From positions 143,592,001 through 143,656,000 of the forward strand of contig OZ024743.1 of NCBI GenBank assembly GCA_964016885.1: a DNA stretch of 64,000 nucleotides, written 5' to 3'. The first letter of the stretch is position 1; each line of letters opens with the position of its first letter. A program made the translations under genes and the position numbers. Shown one piece after another: positions 26,468 through 41,035 of this stretch. The DNA comes from Eledone cirrhosa. Lineage: Eukaryota. A model generated the notes under the pieces. The model saw only the letters and a list, made by a program, of their open reading frames with translations, was not told where the DNA came from and made no database searches.

Positions 26468-28913
26468 GCGCGCACGCCTCCTTGCATGACCTTGGATTAT
26501 TTTCTTTAGAATCATACACCTTTACAGTTAACTATTCACTTAGCTAAAGCCCCAACAAGTAAAAATGTATTGTTACTTCAACACAGGAATGTTCCAGCAG
26601 CGTCTTTCTATTCATCAATAGATACCAGAATTCTTACTCCTACTTACATACCTGTACCCACAACACCGTATCAGTCGCATGACTAGTAGTAGTTGTTTAG
26701 CCCTAGGTCATCCCTGATTGAACAGAGATGTGGCTGAAACCGTTCCTTCCAGCCATGGCCATCCGTCTTTTTTTCTGGCATTGCGCATTTTACTAGACTC
26801 TTTTTTGCAATGTATCCATCATTTTTAAATGCAGCCGTGTGAAATTTAAGGGAGATTTGGTTGTTATTCCAAGCAAGATAAGTGACAACTTAGAAGCTCA
26901 CAGATACGAAGTCACAGGTTTATTATGAGAAATATGAAGTCCATCCATTTCCCAATAACATTCAACATCATACATTTTATGGCTGCTTTCCATGCCGGCA
27001 TGGGTTGGACGGAATTTTACAAGCAGTGTTTTACAACTGAATGCTCTTCCTGAGGCCAAACAATTTAGTTGCTTCTTACTACATTCAAGGATAGGATGTA
27101 CTTATTCTAAAAATCGAGATGCATTCGGGCATTAGCAGTATAACAAAAAAACAAAACAAAAGAAAATGTTTATTGGCTGCAAATTTATTTTGGAGTCATA
27201 GGATATACGGCATATCTTGAGAATTTTAAACCTGGCAGAGCCTATCTCTCTCCAAGCCAGAGCACAGCCGATTAGAGAGAGAGAGAGAATCAACCTCAGT
27301 GCTAGAGTCGTACTTTATTTATCGACCCCGAAAGAATTAAATATTGATATTGGTGAGATTTGAATGCAAAGCGCAAAGAACTGAACCGAATACTACAAAG
27401 CATTTTATCCAATGGTCTAACGACTCTGCCAATTCGCCGCCTTCTTATTGTAAAATATCGACATTAACAGCTAAGGTTCCTATCGAGGGGAATGAAAAAT
27501 CAAATTCTCGGTTATAGCCACTTATATTACCAAGCCCAAGCAGAGATTGTTTGGCAAGTGAGTTAGTCAATTGGCATGAGTGTTTGATTTTAATGTTCTT
27601 CACTCCACGGTTAGAAATAAAGAATTTTACTAAATGTACAGGTATATTAATCCTAATCCATACATAAATCATGTGTTTAGCACTGATTAATAAAATACGC
27701 GGCTAAGAAAGCCTAAAACCAGTATCGTTGCTGATACATCATCACGCAGTGGATAGAAATCGGTTGAGTGGGAAGAAAAAAACATTTTATGCATATATTT
27801 GAAATGGGGCTTATCAGTTGAAATGAGTTTATATAGCACTAACATTGGGGAAACGCATGAACGACACACTCGTTACATTCATTAAGTAATCCTTGGTCTT
27901 GTGGCGAAGCAAGAAATCAGTATTACTAAATTAGTGGCCTAGTCATTAAGGTAACATGCGATCGTAGGGTCAAGGGTTCGATTTTCAGATCGGGCGGAAC
28001 ATTGTCCTTGAGCAGGACACATCATTCCCATTATTTCAGTCGATATAAGTCCTTAATTCCTGATGCAGTCGCAGGTGCGCTGTCGTTACATGCAGCATGT
28101 ATTGGACATTTACACCTGAGGGAGCCCATGCCCTCTACCGGTCGGAACAGCTGATTTCTTCCAGAGAAATATAGAGAACAAAATAGAGAGAATTGGAAAA
28201 GAGACTATTAAGCAAGAATCGACCCCATTCCTCAGTATTGAATTAGCGCTTTATTTGATCCTGAAAGGACGAAAGGCAAAGTTGGCCTCGACGGGATTTG
28301 AACTCTGAGCGCAGAGATCTGAAACGAATACGGCTGCAGTCCACTCAACCAAAGAAAAAAAAAGAGCAGCAGCAATTGCAATTCGGAGTTGACTCTGAGT
28401 GATTGGTGCCTGGTTCAGGGAGGAGTTTTGTACTTCCAATTGCTTAACACGACATGAAACTTGAATAATATGGCCTCTCAGTCGCTTAAAATCAATAAAA
28501 CCGGGATAATTTTAAGATTAATGGACTCCTTAAATTTAATTATTTCAATTATTGGTTCTCTCACAGGTGTAAGTTTAATTAATTAAATTTTGTTGCTCAC
28601 TAGATGTTAGTAACGACTCTGCTATTTGGTATTCCTCCAACCTCTAGTTATCTATCTTTAGATATTAGGAGTAATTCCCAAATTGATAATCAGTGCTAAA
28701 TACATCTTTTAAAATTAGTTTGAGGAGTGTAAGATCTTTCAGAATCGTAGATCCACGTCAACTGGTCCACATACTTTCGCCTCTCTTTTGACTTGGCTGA
28801 TACCCTATATAACCAATACCCTAGATGAATTATAATCCATTTAAGGTATTGGTTATATCGTATGTGCGGAGGACTATCTCCAAATACTAGTGCCGGACTA
28901 AATGATTATGCAG

Positions 28914-29100
28914 TATGGTGGATTGGCAGTATCAGTAGAGGGTCGGACGCCATGCTTTCAAGCATAGTTACGTCCCTTTACGATCTGAGTTCAAATCCCG
29001 CCGAGGTTGACTCTGCCTTTCATCCTTACGGGGTCGATAAAATAAAGTACCAGTAATGCACTGGGTAATTGCTGGCCTTGTGCCTAAAGTAGAAACAAGT
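28914..29100 (+). mobile_element. Full-length SINE family A
   Basis: Near-identical to 9675-9866; older copies near 27300(-), 28250(-), 29280, 29690 and 33410(-). Confidence 0.8.
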
Positions 29101-30149
29101 ATTTAGTTACGCCCTTTTGTTATAAATTTAAAATTCGTCTACAGTTGACTCTTTTATTTTTGAAATTCGACGAAACTAGAACCAGACAAGCAATGTTCTC
29201 CCACACTGTTAGTAGTAAATCTGTGGAATGACACAATTCTTAGTGACGGACAAAATGCTTATTATTTGTTCTGGCTCTTTACATTCTATATCCAAAAACC
29301 GTTGGGGACTGAAACTTAGAACGTAAACTTTACTTTCATCCTCTCGGGGTCGATAAAATGAAGTATGAGTTAAGTACCAGGGTCGATATAATCGACTTTA
29401 TCCTCCCACAAATTGCTGGCATTGTGCTCATGTTAGAAACAAACTGTGCGCAAAAATCATGAGTAATTCTTTTCCTCTGGCAAAAGTATGTACTTTGAAT
29501 GTACAATAAATATAATTAATTATTAACTACTACATTATTTTAGGTAATTATCTGTGCGTACATTAATTTGGTTGCAAAATGTATATGCGCGCGCACAGCT
29601 CATCGGCAACACCGCAGTATAGTACTGGGGTCGATTCAACTATAATTCGACTATAATCTTTTTCTATAAATATGAACTTGTGACAGTCGATTGGCAGAAT
29701 TGGTAAAACGCCGGATAAAATGCCCTACCGTATTTAATCACATTCCTTTAGGTTCAGTTCCTGTCAAGTTTGACTTTGACTTATATCCTTTCAGGGTGGA
29801 AAAAATAAAGTATAAATCAACAACTGGGATGGGCAGGTAACTGTCTATTTAATCAAGTCTTCCTTCCCGTACAATGTGTGGTCTTGTGCAAGGCTGGATT
29901 AACCATTAAGCAAAATAAGCGCATGCTTACGTTATATGATTATATGTACATGTGTGTATGTAAGTGCGAGTGTGTGTATGTATGTATATGTTTGTACATG
30001 TGTGTGTGTAACTGAAATCCGACTTCGCATCAGCAAATAAAGCGTCTGGAAAACTACCCACCAAATTCGTAATAAGTCCTTCTCCACACATGCTACCAGG
30101 AACGCGTCTGGGGTTCTCCTCTCTTCTGAGAGTTGTTTACTCGCGAGGT

Positions 30150-31152
30150 GGAGAAAATTACTTTGCTGATCTTAAGCCGATCACCACAGCATCTGATGTA
30201 TACGCTGTGCATATGGGAGCGATACCTAATCTCTTGGAGCTATTAAAGAGCTGAAATATGGCAAGACCACTCGAGAAGATGAAATTTGAATCGGAATTTA
30301 AAAAAACCTTAAATAGAGAAGGGATTCTCTGGCTGACTCTGAGTGTGTCAGGTGGCGTGGATATCTGGAAATGCACCTAAGCAATGACAATCGGGAGTGA
30401 TATTCCTAATTTTCAAAACGGGAGACAAGAGAAATTGCTCCAATTATAGAGGGATCCCCGGTAAGTATATGCTAAGTGTCAGGTAAAGAAATGTAGGGAT
30501 ATTATTAAGTCCTCGTTAGCTGGTCGACGGTGTGGTTTTCGGCCTGGACGCAGCACAGCCTATCAAATATTTACAGTGCAGCTGGTCTTTGAGAAATCGT
30601 GAGAATACTACTAATAGGTGTATGGTTGCTTCGTAGACCTCCAAAAAGCATATGACCACGTTCCACAGGACCTGTTGTGGAAAGTTTTGCAGGAGTATAT
30701 GATCGATGGACAGCTTCTTGTCCTGATGTCCTTATACGAATGTGTTCGGATAAATGGTGCTAAATCGAAACCATTCAATGTGGGAGTCGGACTATCACCT
30801 CTCCTATTCATAATCTTCATGAACATGATGGAAATTTACAGTCCGATTGGAAATGATATCACGACTGGCGGGAGTAGGACCTGTCCACTGGAATTTGCAA
30901 ACGACGTGATGTTGCTTAACTTTTAAGGTGATCTCCGACTTGCACTTCATAGAATTGCTGCCGAGTGCTGCACGGGACGAATGAAAATCTGTGCTGCCTA
31001 AACTGAAACACTCGTGCTCCCGAGGAAGCTTGCGCAATACATGTGATTGGCGTTCAACTGAAGCAGGAGAAGTTCAAGTATCTCGGGGCTATGTTCACGA
31101 GTGATGGAAGGCAGGGGTCTGAATTAAGTGCAAGAGTTGCAGGAGCTGGTGC
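30150..31152 (+). mobile_element. Highly degenerate RT region of an RTE (Expander/Rex3-like) LINE
   Basis: GDKRNCSNYRGI, CGFRPGRST, CFVDLQKAYDHVP, LSPLLFIIFM, FANDV, KFKYLG with many stops and frameshifts. Confidence 0.75.
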
Positions 31153-31173
31153 AATATGTATATATGTATGTTG

Positions 31174-31237
<64 letters not shown>

Positions 31238-31241
<4 letters not shown>

Positions 31242-31354
31242 AAGCGTGTGGTAAAATATCAGGTGGACCACAACCCACCCACCAGAGTACTCGATACTTG
31301 GGGTAGTAGAGTGGGTAATATGAAAAGATTCAGGATCCCTGAATCTTTTCATAT
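31238..31354 (-). mobile_element. Penelope-like 3' terminus with a 17-bp fold-back, next to (TA)n
   Basis: Diverged relative of 7126-7210 (TGTGGTAA..CAG.TGGACCA.AAC..AGAGTACTC.ATACTT.GGGTAGTAGAGTGGG); arms 31318-31334 and 31338-31354. Confidence 0.6.
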
Positions 31355-31503
31355 ATGTGTCTGTGTATGTACATGTGGGTGTGTGTGTACATGTGGGTGT
31401 GTGTGTGTATGTATGTACGTGTGGGTGGGTGTATGTATATACGTGTGGGTGTGTGTATATAAGTATATGTATGTGTGGGTGTATCTATGTATGCGTTTGA
31501 ATG

Positions 31504-31534
<31 letters not shown>

Positions 31535-31688
31535 GTTTGTGTGTATATGCGTGTGTGTGTGTGTTATCTTTTTGTGTCTACGATTTAGTAAGCAACCAAA
31601 ATTCTGCTTGCTTCAACCGACGCAATTGATCAACTCGAGATTCTATAACGCATGCACTGCATGCCTTGCATGCACGCACCCTTTGCGC

Positions 31689-31743
<55 letters not shown>

Positions 31744-34377
31744 TATGTATGTATGTATGTATGTATGTATGTGTATATATATATGAACCATCATTGTTAT
31801 ATATATTGTTTTCTCTTGTTTTCTCTTGTTGACCTTTTGCACACGCAAACGCAGGCACGCGCGCACGTACACGCACGTATACAGATGACGCCACATAGAT
31901 TCTGAACATCTTAGACAAAATTTCTTAATCCAAATAAAATCTTTGTATTAAAAGTGAGGTCACTCTCTGAACAGAGGGAGATTAAGGTGGTGGGTGGGGA
32001 GGGTTTTGGGAGACGAGATAGTCGTGTGATCTTACGACCTGTTGCGTGATAGTGCGCGGGTGAATAAGGAGGACTGTTTAGTAGAAACTGCAGGCTTAGT
32101 GATTTTCTGAAAATTGAATCATCAGCTGAATACAATATTGTGCAGTATATAAGCTACAACTCTTGGTTGTATTCAGCAAAGTCATAACTGAGAAGGGGAC
32201 CAAAACTGTTGGGCTGGCCCTAGCGCTGGTATTGAGTACATCATTCTTAAAATTTCATTATCCATTCTATTGACATATAACTGAATCTGTAGTAGTCTCA
32301 GCTAAGTGTTAAGGTATAACTTCCCGTTACTTCAATAGCTTGCTATGGTGATATACAACTATCTTTTATTCAAAATTCCTCTCGCTTATTCCCCTTTGGC
32401 ATTAGTTAAAGTTACAGTATTGCAATAATTAATTTACGCTATCTGTGCAGGAATTCTAATTTTTAATCTATTACAACAACTTGAATCTATGATTTGCTTA
32501 AATAGTCCAATATTAAATTGTAGGAAAGGGTAGGGTAAAGCCTCAGCAAGTTGAACCATCATCAATTACTCCTTTTCTCCTATAGTCTTCCGAAGTGATG
32601 CAAATATTTAAGACATTGATGCGAGTTAGAATTAGCGTTTTATATCCACTTTTCTATGATTTTACGGTTGGGATGCTTATCTTGGTTTCAGTGGCGTGAA
32701 GAAACCGAGAAAACAGTTCTAGCTCTCAGCTACTGCCGATACTCATTTTCAGCTGAGTGATGTTGAGCAACATAAAATGAAGGACTTTGCTTAAGGATAC
32801 AACCTCGTCACCCGGTCTGGGAATCGTACCCACGACCTTATGACCATGAATCCAACCACTAGGCCACTTGCCTCCTCAAATTTGTATAAACATTATTTAC
32901 AGTTAACCATGCAAATCTTTTGTGATCCCAGCGGATAAAATAGAGAATGCATTAGTATGAAGGACGATGAGGAAGATGCTCTGAGAGAGCCAGTTCTTTG
33001 TTAGGTTGCGACATTTAAGTTGTTCTCTGATCAAAAGGGACTTGTCTGAATTACTTCTGTTCAACAGAAAGTAATCTTAATATTGTTTTTGTTCTAAGAT
33101 TTTAAATGTGAAAGCTAGAATTAAACATACAACTTCGGTACATCCAGCAATCTTTTAATAAAGCATCACTGCAAAAATCGGTTGGCAGTTGCAACCGAAT
33201 GTGTGTGGTTACTGAAATTATCTCCCCAAGACATTTTAGCTCTCAGAAAGAATTCCAAGAAAAAATTATAGTAATGCGTGATAAAATAATTTAGAAACCA
33301 TGGCTGCAGAATTCCATGATCAAACAACAGGAATGTTAAGCTGTGCCATGAGGTGACGAAATCAACAATAAAACGTTTTTAATATTGTACCCAGTTATAA
33401 TAGCTTTTAGTTTAGGCACAAGGCCAGCAATTTTAGAGAGAAGGTGAAGTCAATAAAATCAACCACAGTACTTGACTGGTACATTATTTTATCGACTCCA
33501 AAATGATGAAAAGCGCGGTTAACTTCGGCGGGATTTGAATTGACAAACGCCGCTACTATTGAGTGTATTCCCAAATTAGACATTAATATTACCATCGTTC
33601 ACAAGTAATATTGGGTTCGATTCGCGGACCAGGAGGTACGTAATGATCTTGAACAAAACATTTCATTTCACCTTGCTCCAGTCAACTCAACTAGAAATTA
33701 CTATCAACAGCAGCTGGAGTACCAGCAGCAACAGCAGCTGGCGTCCCATCCATGAGGGAGTTTTGTACTTTCAGTTGTTTAACCGGTATAAGGCTCGGCT
33801 TAAGAACCTCTATGTTCAGGAGAGATTTTAACTTCAGTGTAAATTAATCAATTCGGTGCATTAAACGTATAGTTGGAATGATTGAAAACTTATCACTTTA
33901 TTTTGAAATGGGAAGTTTTCATAATGAGGCCTTTCTCAAAGTTTTTTGTTTCGTAATTGAAAGCAATTTACACCTAAGAATTCAAATCGCCGAAATCTTG
34001 CTCCATGACGATTCCTCCTCAAGAAATGTCTTTAGTCAAATGTTATTTTGCTGTTTGTATACTGCTAGAAAAATGTTACGAATTGGCAGAGCCATTGGAA
34101 CGTTCGATAGAATAATATACGATGTTCGTTTCGGCTCTCTGAGTTGCCCTTCATCCTTTCGAGATCGATAAACAAAATACGAATACTGGATTTGATTATT
34201 CTTCTATATCTCTTTCTCACTTCCTCTCTATCACTCTTTCTCCTTTTTTTTGGAGAAATCGGCTGATTTCAGACCTAGAAAGGGGATGGACTCCACCAGG
34301 TTTAAAATGTCCAAGAAACACGATATATCACTATGGCGCTCCTACGAATCCACCAGAAGTTATAGGTTTATATATAC

Positions 34378-34740
34378 ATGCTCCGTTGGATGTGCAATGT
34401 CAATATGCGACCAAGCATAGACGAGTTGAGAAAGAAACTGGGTATAAGAGGGATAAGTTGTGGTGTGCACGAGAGAAGGCTGAGATGGTATGGACATGTG
34501 ATACGCATGGAGGATGACCGATGGGTGAAGAAGTGCCAGGAAGTCCCAGTGGAGGGAAGACGCAGTAGAGGTAGACCACGAAAAACATGGGCGGAGGTGG
34601 TGAGAGCAGACCTCAGATCGCTGAAACTCACCGAGGAGATGACGAAGGACCGTGATGGGTGGAGAGATGCTGTGCTGAATAGGACCCGTCCAACCCTTGC
34701 AAGCAGGGAAAAGCGGACGTATGATGGTGATGATGATGCT
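34378..34740 (+). mobile_element. 3' end of an RTE LINE with a (GAT)n tail
   Basis: MLRWMCNV...LRKKLGIRGI...RRLRWYGHVIRMEDDRWVKKC...GRRSRGRPRKTW; homologous to 16640-16950. Confidence 0.85.
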
Positions 34741-35456
34741 ACTGCTAGTAATATACTTAAACATACACGATAACGTATTGGAGTGTAGAACGCTGGATAT
34801 ATGTATGTATCTTTGAAATAGTGTAGTTTGCGTCACGACACTTATAACAAATGAGATTCTGTTTAAAGAAGTATTTAGAATATAGCTGTAGTTGGCTGGG
34901 TTAATGGTTGGGTTTCAAGATCGACTGGAGAAAGAGAATAATTGCACAGGAGACAAAAGTCCCCTTACATTCTCTTCTATTTGCTGGTGCGCAGTCATTG
35001 AGAATATTTAGGCACTTGCTTAAAGTACCCGAATTTTCAGTGACAGGGGGCAGAACTACCGTGTGGACACAAATACCCCTCAAATTCACTTGCATGCACC
35101 GCTAGAAATAGTAGCTAATTGCCCATTAAATTTCACTCAACCGACTTCAGCATGTTTTATCAGGGTTGACAGGGGTCTAAATAACGAGTAAATAGCAGAG
35201 GCACAATGTTACATTTTGTGGGAGAGTCAAACTCAATATATATGAATTTAAGGAGTTCCGAGACCCACAGAGAATGTTCCAATAGCGCACTTGTGAGCTA
35301 CGGTCTGCCTGTTACCGTCCCTTGATTTGGATGCTGGCGACGAATTGTGGCGACAAATCCTGTTTTTAATTAGCAGTTTAATCAATCTGAAAACCACAAA
35401 TATTGCACGCGCACTCTCACTATAGGTGCACGTACGCACACATTACACCCGCGCAT

Positions 35457-35830
35457 ACTCACACTAGACTCCCACGAACTCACACTAGACTCCCACGAAC
35501 TCACACTAGACTCCCACGAACTCACACTAGACTCCCACGAACTCACACTAGACTCCCACGAACTCACACTAGACTCCCACGAACTCACACTAGACTCCCA
35601 CGAACTCACACTAGACTCCCACGAACTCACACTAGACTCCCACACACTCACACTAGACTCCCACACACTCACACTAGACCCGCACACACTCACACTAGAC
35701 CCGCACACACTCACACTAGACCCGCACACACTCACACTAGACCCGCACACACTCACACTAGACCCGCACACACTCACACTAGACCCGCACGCACGCACAC
35801 TAGACCCACGCGCACGCACACTAAACCCGC
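35457..35830. repeat. 21-bp minisatellite, about 17-18 copies, with a polar variant gradient
   Basis: ACTCACACTAGACTCCCACGA grading to ACTCACACTAGACCCGCACAC. Confidence 0.95.
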
Positions 35831-36420
35831 ATGCACAATGCACGCACGCACACAATACACACACGCACGTACTCACACTACAGGCGCATGCACGCCCACG
35901 CACTCCCATGCACGCTCATCCACGCATACACACGCACCATCATCACTCTCGTACACTACATACATCATACACGTTTTAATTCATTCTTTAACTTGGCTGT
36001 GAGCTCAGTTATCGTTTGTAACTGGTCACGAGACATTTTTGCGTAATGTTAGTTAATGGCAAGTTACGAAGTTACGTTAAACGATTCTGTGTGTGCGTGT
36101 GTGTGTGTGTGTGGGGGGGGGGGGGGTTCTCACACTCTCAATATGTATCAATATGTAACATGCCTTGATATCAGGTGATTTCTGTGTTTGAATTCCAAGA
36201 TACAACGCACCACCATCATGCCAAAACTACTAATAGAAAACAAACGGGAAGGAAAAATAAAATACATTTTTTAATCTTTTTTTCCTATTTATCTTATTAG
36301 TAGTATTCGGTTCTTAATTGTCCGTCTTAGTTTTTGTACACTTATCCTACTTGAAAGCCATGTATTAATACTGTTTGCACACACGCACACACACACGTAC
36401 ACGTACCCCCACCCTACCCC

Positions 36421-36456
<36 letters not shown>

Positions 36457-36776
36457 AAGATGTGCGTGCACAAGTACACACATACGCGTACTCAGAAACG
36501 CGCGTGCACATGCAGACGCGCACGCGCACACGCACACGCACACGCACACACGCACACACGCACGCACGCACAAACGTGCGTGCACACGTATACACACAGA
36601 AACGCGCGTGCTTACGTACATACAGACACACACAAACAGGCGGGCACACGTACACACACGCGCGTGCACACGCACACACACACACTAACGCACGTGTTTA
36701 CACACGTACACACCACACCATACCCATAAGCGCGTACACACGTACACAAATGAACAAGTAAGCGTTCGCGCCGGCT

Positions 36777-36908
<132 letters not shown>

Positions 36909-36984
36909 ATTTACTGTGAGCTAAGCTTTTTATGTATTTTATATTTCGTAATTTTTCATTCCAACTTCTAACGTTAGTTATGTG

Positions 36985-37232
36985 GTCATGTGACTACATC
37001 CTGGTTACTTTGACTTCCAACAGGAATATTTTCACGTGACTACGTCTTGGTTATTATAGTCATGTGACTACATCTTGGTTGCTCTGACTTCCAACAGGAA
37101 TATTTTCACGTGACTCTGTTGGATAATAGTCATGTGACTACATGCCGGTTACTCTGACTTGTATCTGGAATTATATTGTCACGTGACTACATCTTGGTTA
37201 CTAGGACATTCAACAGAATTGATGTCACACGA
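36985..37232. repeat. Diverged tandem array built on TCAYGTGAC
   Basis: Six TCA(C/T)GTGACT motifs and one degenerate copy within about 250 bp. Confidence 0.8.
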
Positions 37233-37324
37233 CCAAATTTTCGATATTCACACTTCCAGTAGAAGTGAATCATTTTTGCCAGTGAAGTGGAGCAACGTGA
37301 AATAAAGTATCTTGCTCAAGGACT

Positions 37325-37485
<161 letters not shown>

Positions 37486-38399
37486 AACCACACACACCAA
37501 CCACACACACCAACCACACACACCAACCACACACACCAACCACACACACACACCAACCACACACACACCACACACACACCAATTGGTACAATAAATAGTT
37601 AATTGATTGCTCATATGGAGAAGAGTTCATTTATCAAGTTTTTATAAAGACATGACCTTCATATTTCTCTTCAAAGCTCTAACAGTGAAGTAGGATTTCT
37701 ACAATTAATTATCCCGCTTGCGTTTCCCAACTATCTTACTACTGCATTTCTTTAGAATAAAATCTTGCAGATTTACATTTTTCAAAACGTAGATAACGAT
37801 TATGTCGATGACATTTCATTAAAAAAAAACCCAAACCAACTCATTATTGTATACTTCCGTTCTTTAATGCTTTCATTTATTGAATATGTTCGATTTATAT
37901 TTGCACTAGGCTGAACATAAATTCAGATCATGATTTCTAATTTAATGTTGAAAATGAAAACTATCAAACAAGCGAGATTTCATCGATGTTATACAGCAAT
38001 GTAATGTCATTTCTATAATTATTTCTATAATTATGAAATGCGAAAAGAAAAAAATAGTCTTTATCATACTAAACGTAATTTACACATTCAAAAATATAGC
38101 TGTAAAATTGCATTAAAAATATGAATTATTAAGAAAGTTATGAGGAAACAAAGTAGAGGCAGGGTCGGCATTTATGGCGTGCTTCAAACGGCAGTTGTTG
38201 GGAAATTGCATGTTCGATACACTATATCTTATTTCCTATAATGAAATATTCATAACGAACCGTAGTTAAATGAGATATTTTATAGTATTTCCCTTGGTGT
38301 TCCTTATTTTTTAATTGAAATCCAGTGTAAAGCAACCGTGCATGCTATCACCCATTCTAGATAACTCATATGCGATTGGAAACACGAGACATAATGCTA

Positions 38400-39790
38400 G
38401 TGTGAACCCCGCGAGGTGGAGTGCTGTTCCAGCGTGTCACCCTCGCCATCCTCCGGGGCAATGTCTTCTCCATCCTGTCAACCAGGACCACGAAGCAGAC
38501 TGACCATCAAACATTGAGTGGTGTATACAAATCACATGCGAAATATCCTATTAGCTACCTATCTGCAAGTCTGATTAGCAATTTATTGTCCGAAATGACA
38601 TTAAAAAAGAGGGGGGGGGTGGCAAAAGGAAAGAAAGGATAGGGAAATATATAAAAAAAAGAGAAAGAAAGAAAAAGAACGGGGAGAGGATGGCTAGAGC
38701 TCTGGTGTTGCCTAGGGCAAGAGAGCAGAAGTGCTGCGCCCCGCTGACAAGACGGCAAAAGCATTCTCCCCGGACGATGGCCAGTGACTCCCGCTGCAAC
38801 AGCCACCCAACCTCGCGGGGCTCCCTCCTCAGACGAGCCGCCGACGCTCCGATCTTGCGGAGGAGCTCGGCAGTACGGGGTCCAAGTACGCCTGAGGTCT
38901 CGACGGCGACCGGTGCAAAGAGGAAGCGGCCGGAATGCTAGCGTTCTGATTTCAAAGTCAGCAGAGGTTGATTTTTATCTTTCATTCTATTGGTGCAGGT
39001 TTAATCGACAACGATGATGATTCTTGTTGTTTTACATAGTAACACAACGTTTCGTTGAATGGCCTTTTATATGTACTGCCGAGCTCCTCCGTAAAATTGG
39101 ATAGTTAGAAACCTGTCTGAGGAAAGAACCCCGCGAAGTGGAGTAGATGTTGCAGCGGGTGTTGCTGGCCATTGTTCGCAGAAATGCCTTTGCAGTTTTG
39201 TCCGCAGGGCGCATCCCAAACACCGACCCGCTCCAGGCATAGAGCCTATCGCCCTCTCGTTCTTCTGTGGCCTCATCGTCCTTGCCTTTTCCCTCCTTTT
39301 CCTTTCATTTATGGCATTTAAAGCCCTTTCTCCTTCTTTCCTATACAGTCAGATCCGCCCTACTTTACCCCTTCTCTTTTTGTTCGTTGCTTGGTTTTGT
39401 TTTTATCCTTTTTTTTCTTTTTCCTTTCATTCCATCAATATTTGCAATGCTATTTAGTCAACTGAATTGACTGTAATTTTATTAAGTTTTTACTGACATA
39501 AAAAAAGAAAGAAAATATGGCTGTTGCAACGGGTGTCACTGACCATCCGGGGGGAATGCTATTGCCGTCTTGTCAGCGGAGCACGTCTGCCCTCTTGCCC
39601 TAGGCACAAAGCCCAATCACCCTCCCCCTTCAGCCCTCCCTCTCTTCTGCAACTCCAGAGCTCTTGCCTACCCCTCCCCTTCCCGAACTTTTTCTTCTTT
39701 CTTTCTTCTTTTTTCTATATCTTTCTTTCTATATTTCCCTATTCTTTCTTTCCTTTTATTTCCCCCTCTTTTTATTATTTCTAAATCGAA
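38400..39790. mobile_element. Cluster of four CRE-like retrotransposon 3' ends (38400-38500 +, 38600-38940 -, 39072-39430 +, 39520-39790 +)
   Basis: Translations LFQRVTLAILRGNVFSIL; FLFAPVAVETSGVLGPRTAELLRKIG...EPREVGWLLQRESLAIVRG; TAELLRKIG...EPREVE*MLQRVLLAIVRRNAFAVL; LLQRVSLTIRG; three have pyrimidine-rich 3' UTRs. Confidence 0.65.
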
Positions 39791-39927
39791 AATAAATATG
39801 CATATATCTAATTTACAAAAAACAAAACAAAAAAAAAACAATTTACGGTTTAGCCATTTGTTCACAGTAAATGACATTTCCTTGGTGAGACATCAATCAA
39901 TCAAAAATTACATAATTAATAAATAAT

Positions 39928-40328
39928 TATTTTACAAAACATATTTACATAACTAATAAATGATTGTTTTACAAAACATATTTACATAACTAATAAATGT
40001 TTTACAAAATATAGTTACATAACTAATAAATGATTGTTTTACAAAATATAGTTACATAACTAATAAATGTTTTACAAAATATAGTTACATAACTAATAAA
40101 TGTTTTACAAAATATAGTTACATAACTAATAAATGATTGTTTTACAAAATATAGTTACATAACTAATAAATGTTTTACAAAATATAGTTACATAACTAAT
40201 GTTTTACAAAATATATTTACAAAACTCATAAATGTTTTACAAAATAGTTACATAACTAATAAATGTTTTACAAAATATATTTACATAACTAATAAATGTT
40301 TTACAAAATATATTTACAAAACTCATAA
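39928..40328. repeat. 33/38-bp AT-rich minisatellite, about 11-12 copies
   Basis: Unit TTTTACAAAATATAGTTACATAACTAATAAATG with an optional ATTG-type extension. Confidence 0.9.
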
Positions 40329-40796
40329 GGTTCGATCCTATTGCATGGTTTCTTGAGCAATGCTATATATCGGGTCGTCAAATATGAACTTTGTAGAAAT
40401 TTGTAGAAAAAACAAATTTCTACAAATACTTGACGGTTGATCTAAGAATAGAACCGGGTAGATAGATAGTGTGTGTGTGTGTGTGTATATATATTTATAT
40501 ATATTTATATATTTATATATATATATTTATATATATATATATATAAATTTATATATATATTTTTTATATATATATATGTATTTATATATATTTAGTTTCT
40601 GAATTTGTTTAGCAAGATTCTTTATCTGAAAACGTGTTGAAACCGATATTGTTATACTTTGGGAGGGTCATGTTGCCAATATGAAACACACGCACCAGTT
40701 GCTTTTCACTTCAATTTATTATAATAAATTTATAAATTTAGGAATTTATAATTTTCCGGTTGGTTGGTTCCACAACCAGATGGTTGTTTATATATT

Positions 40797-40839
40797 GTCA
40801 AAGTTCTTTCGTCACACATTCTGTGACCTCTTCAGTGAC
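40797..40839 (-). ncRNA. Type I minimal hammerhead ribozyme
   Basis: Minus strand GTCA / CTGAAGA / G-GTCACA-GAATG-TGTGAC / GAAA / GAAC / TT / TGAC. Confidence 0.7.
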
Positions 40840-41035
40840 TGGGGATTCTTTTCTTTGTTTTTTGTGCCTCTCCTTTGTTCTGTCCTACGCCATCTTGTTT
40901 TTGTGTGTGTTGTGTGCTTAGTTTGCGCATGTTACATCCGGGTGTCTGTGTGTTTATATTCGTTTATTTATTTGTTTATTTACATGTTACTGGTTGGTTG
41001 TTTGTTCTATGTGCGTGTGTGTTTTCATTTTGTCC

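Noticed and set aside
32900-33005. Purine-rich exon-like stretch (ATGAAGGACGATGAGGAAGATGCT...)
   Set aside because: All frames from the nearby AG acceptors hit stop codons and the donor is weak.
35382-36002. ORFs with SSVSSWE / THTRLPR repeats
   Set aside because: Translation of the 21-bp minisatellite; no coding context.
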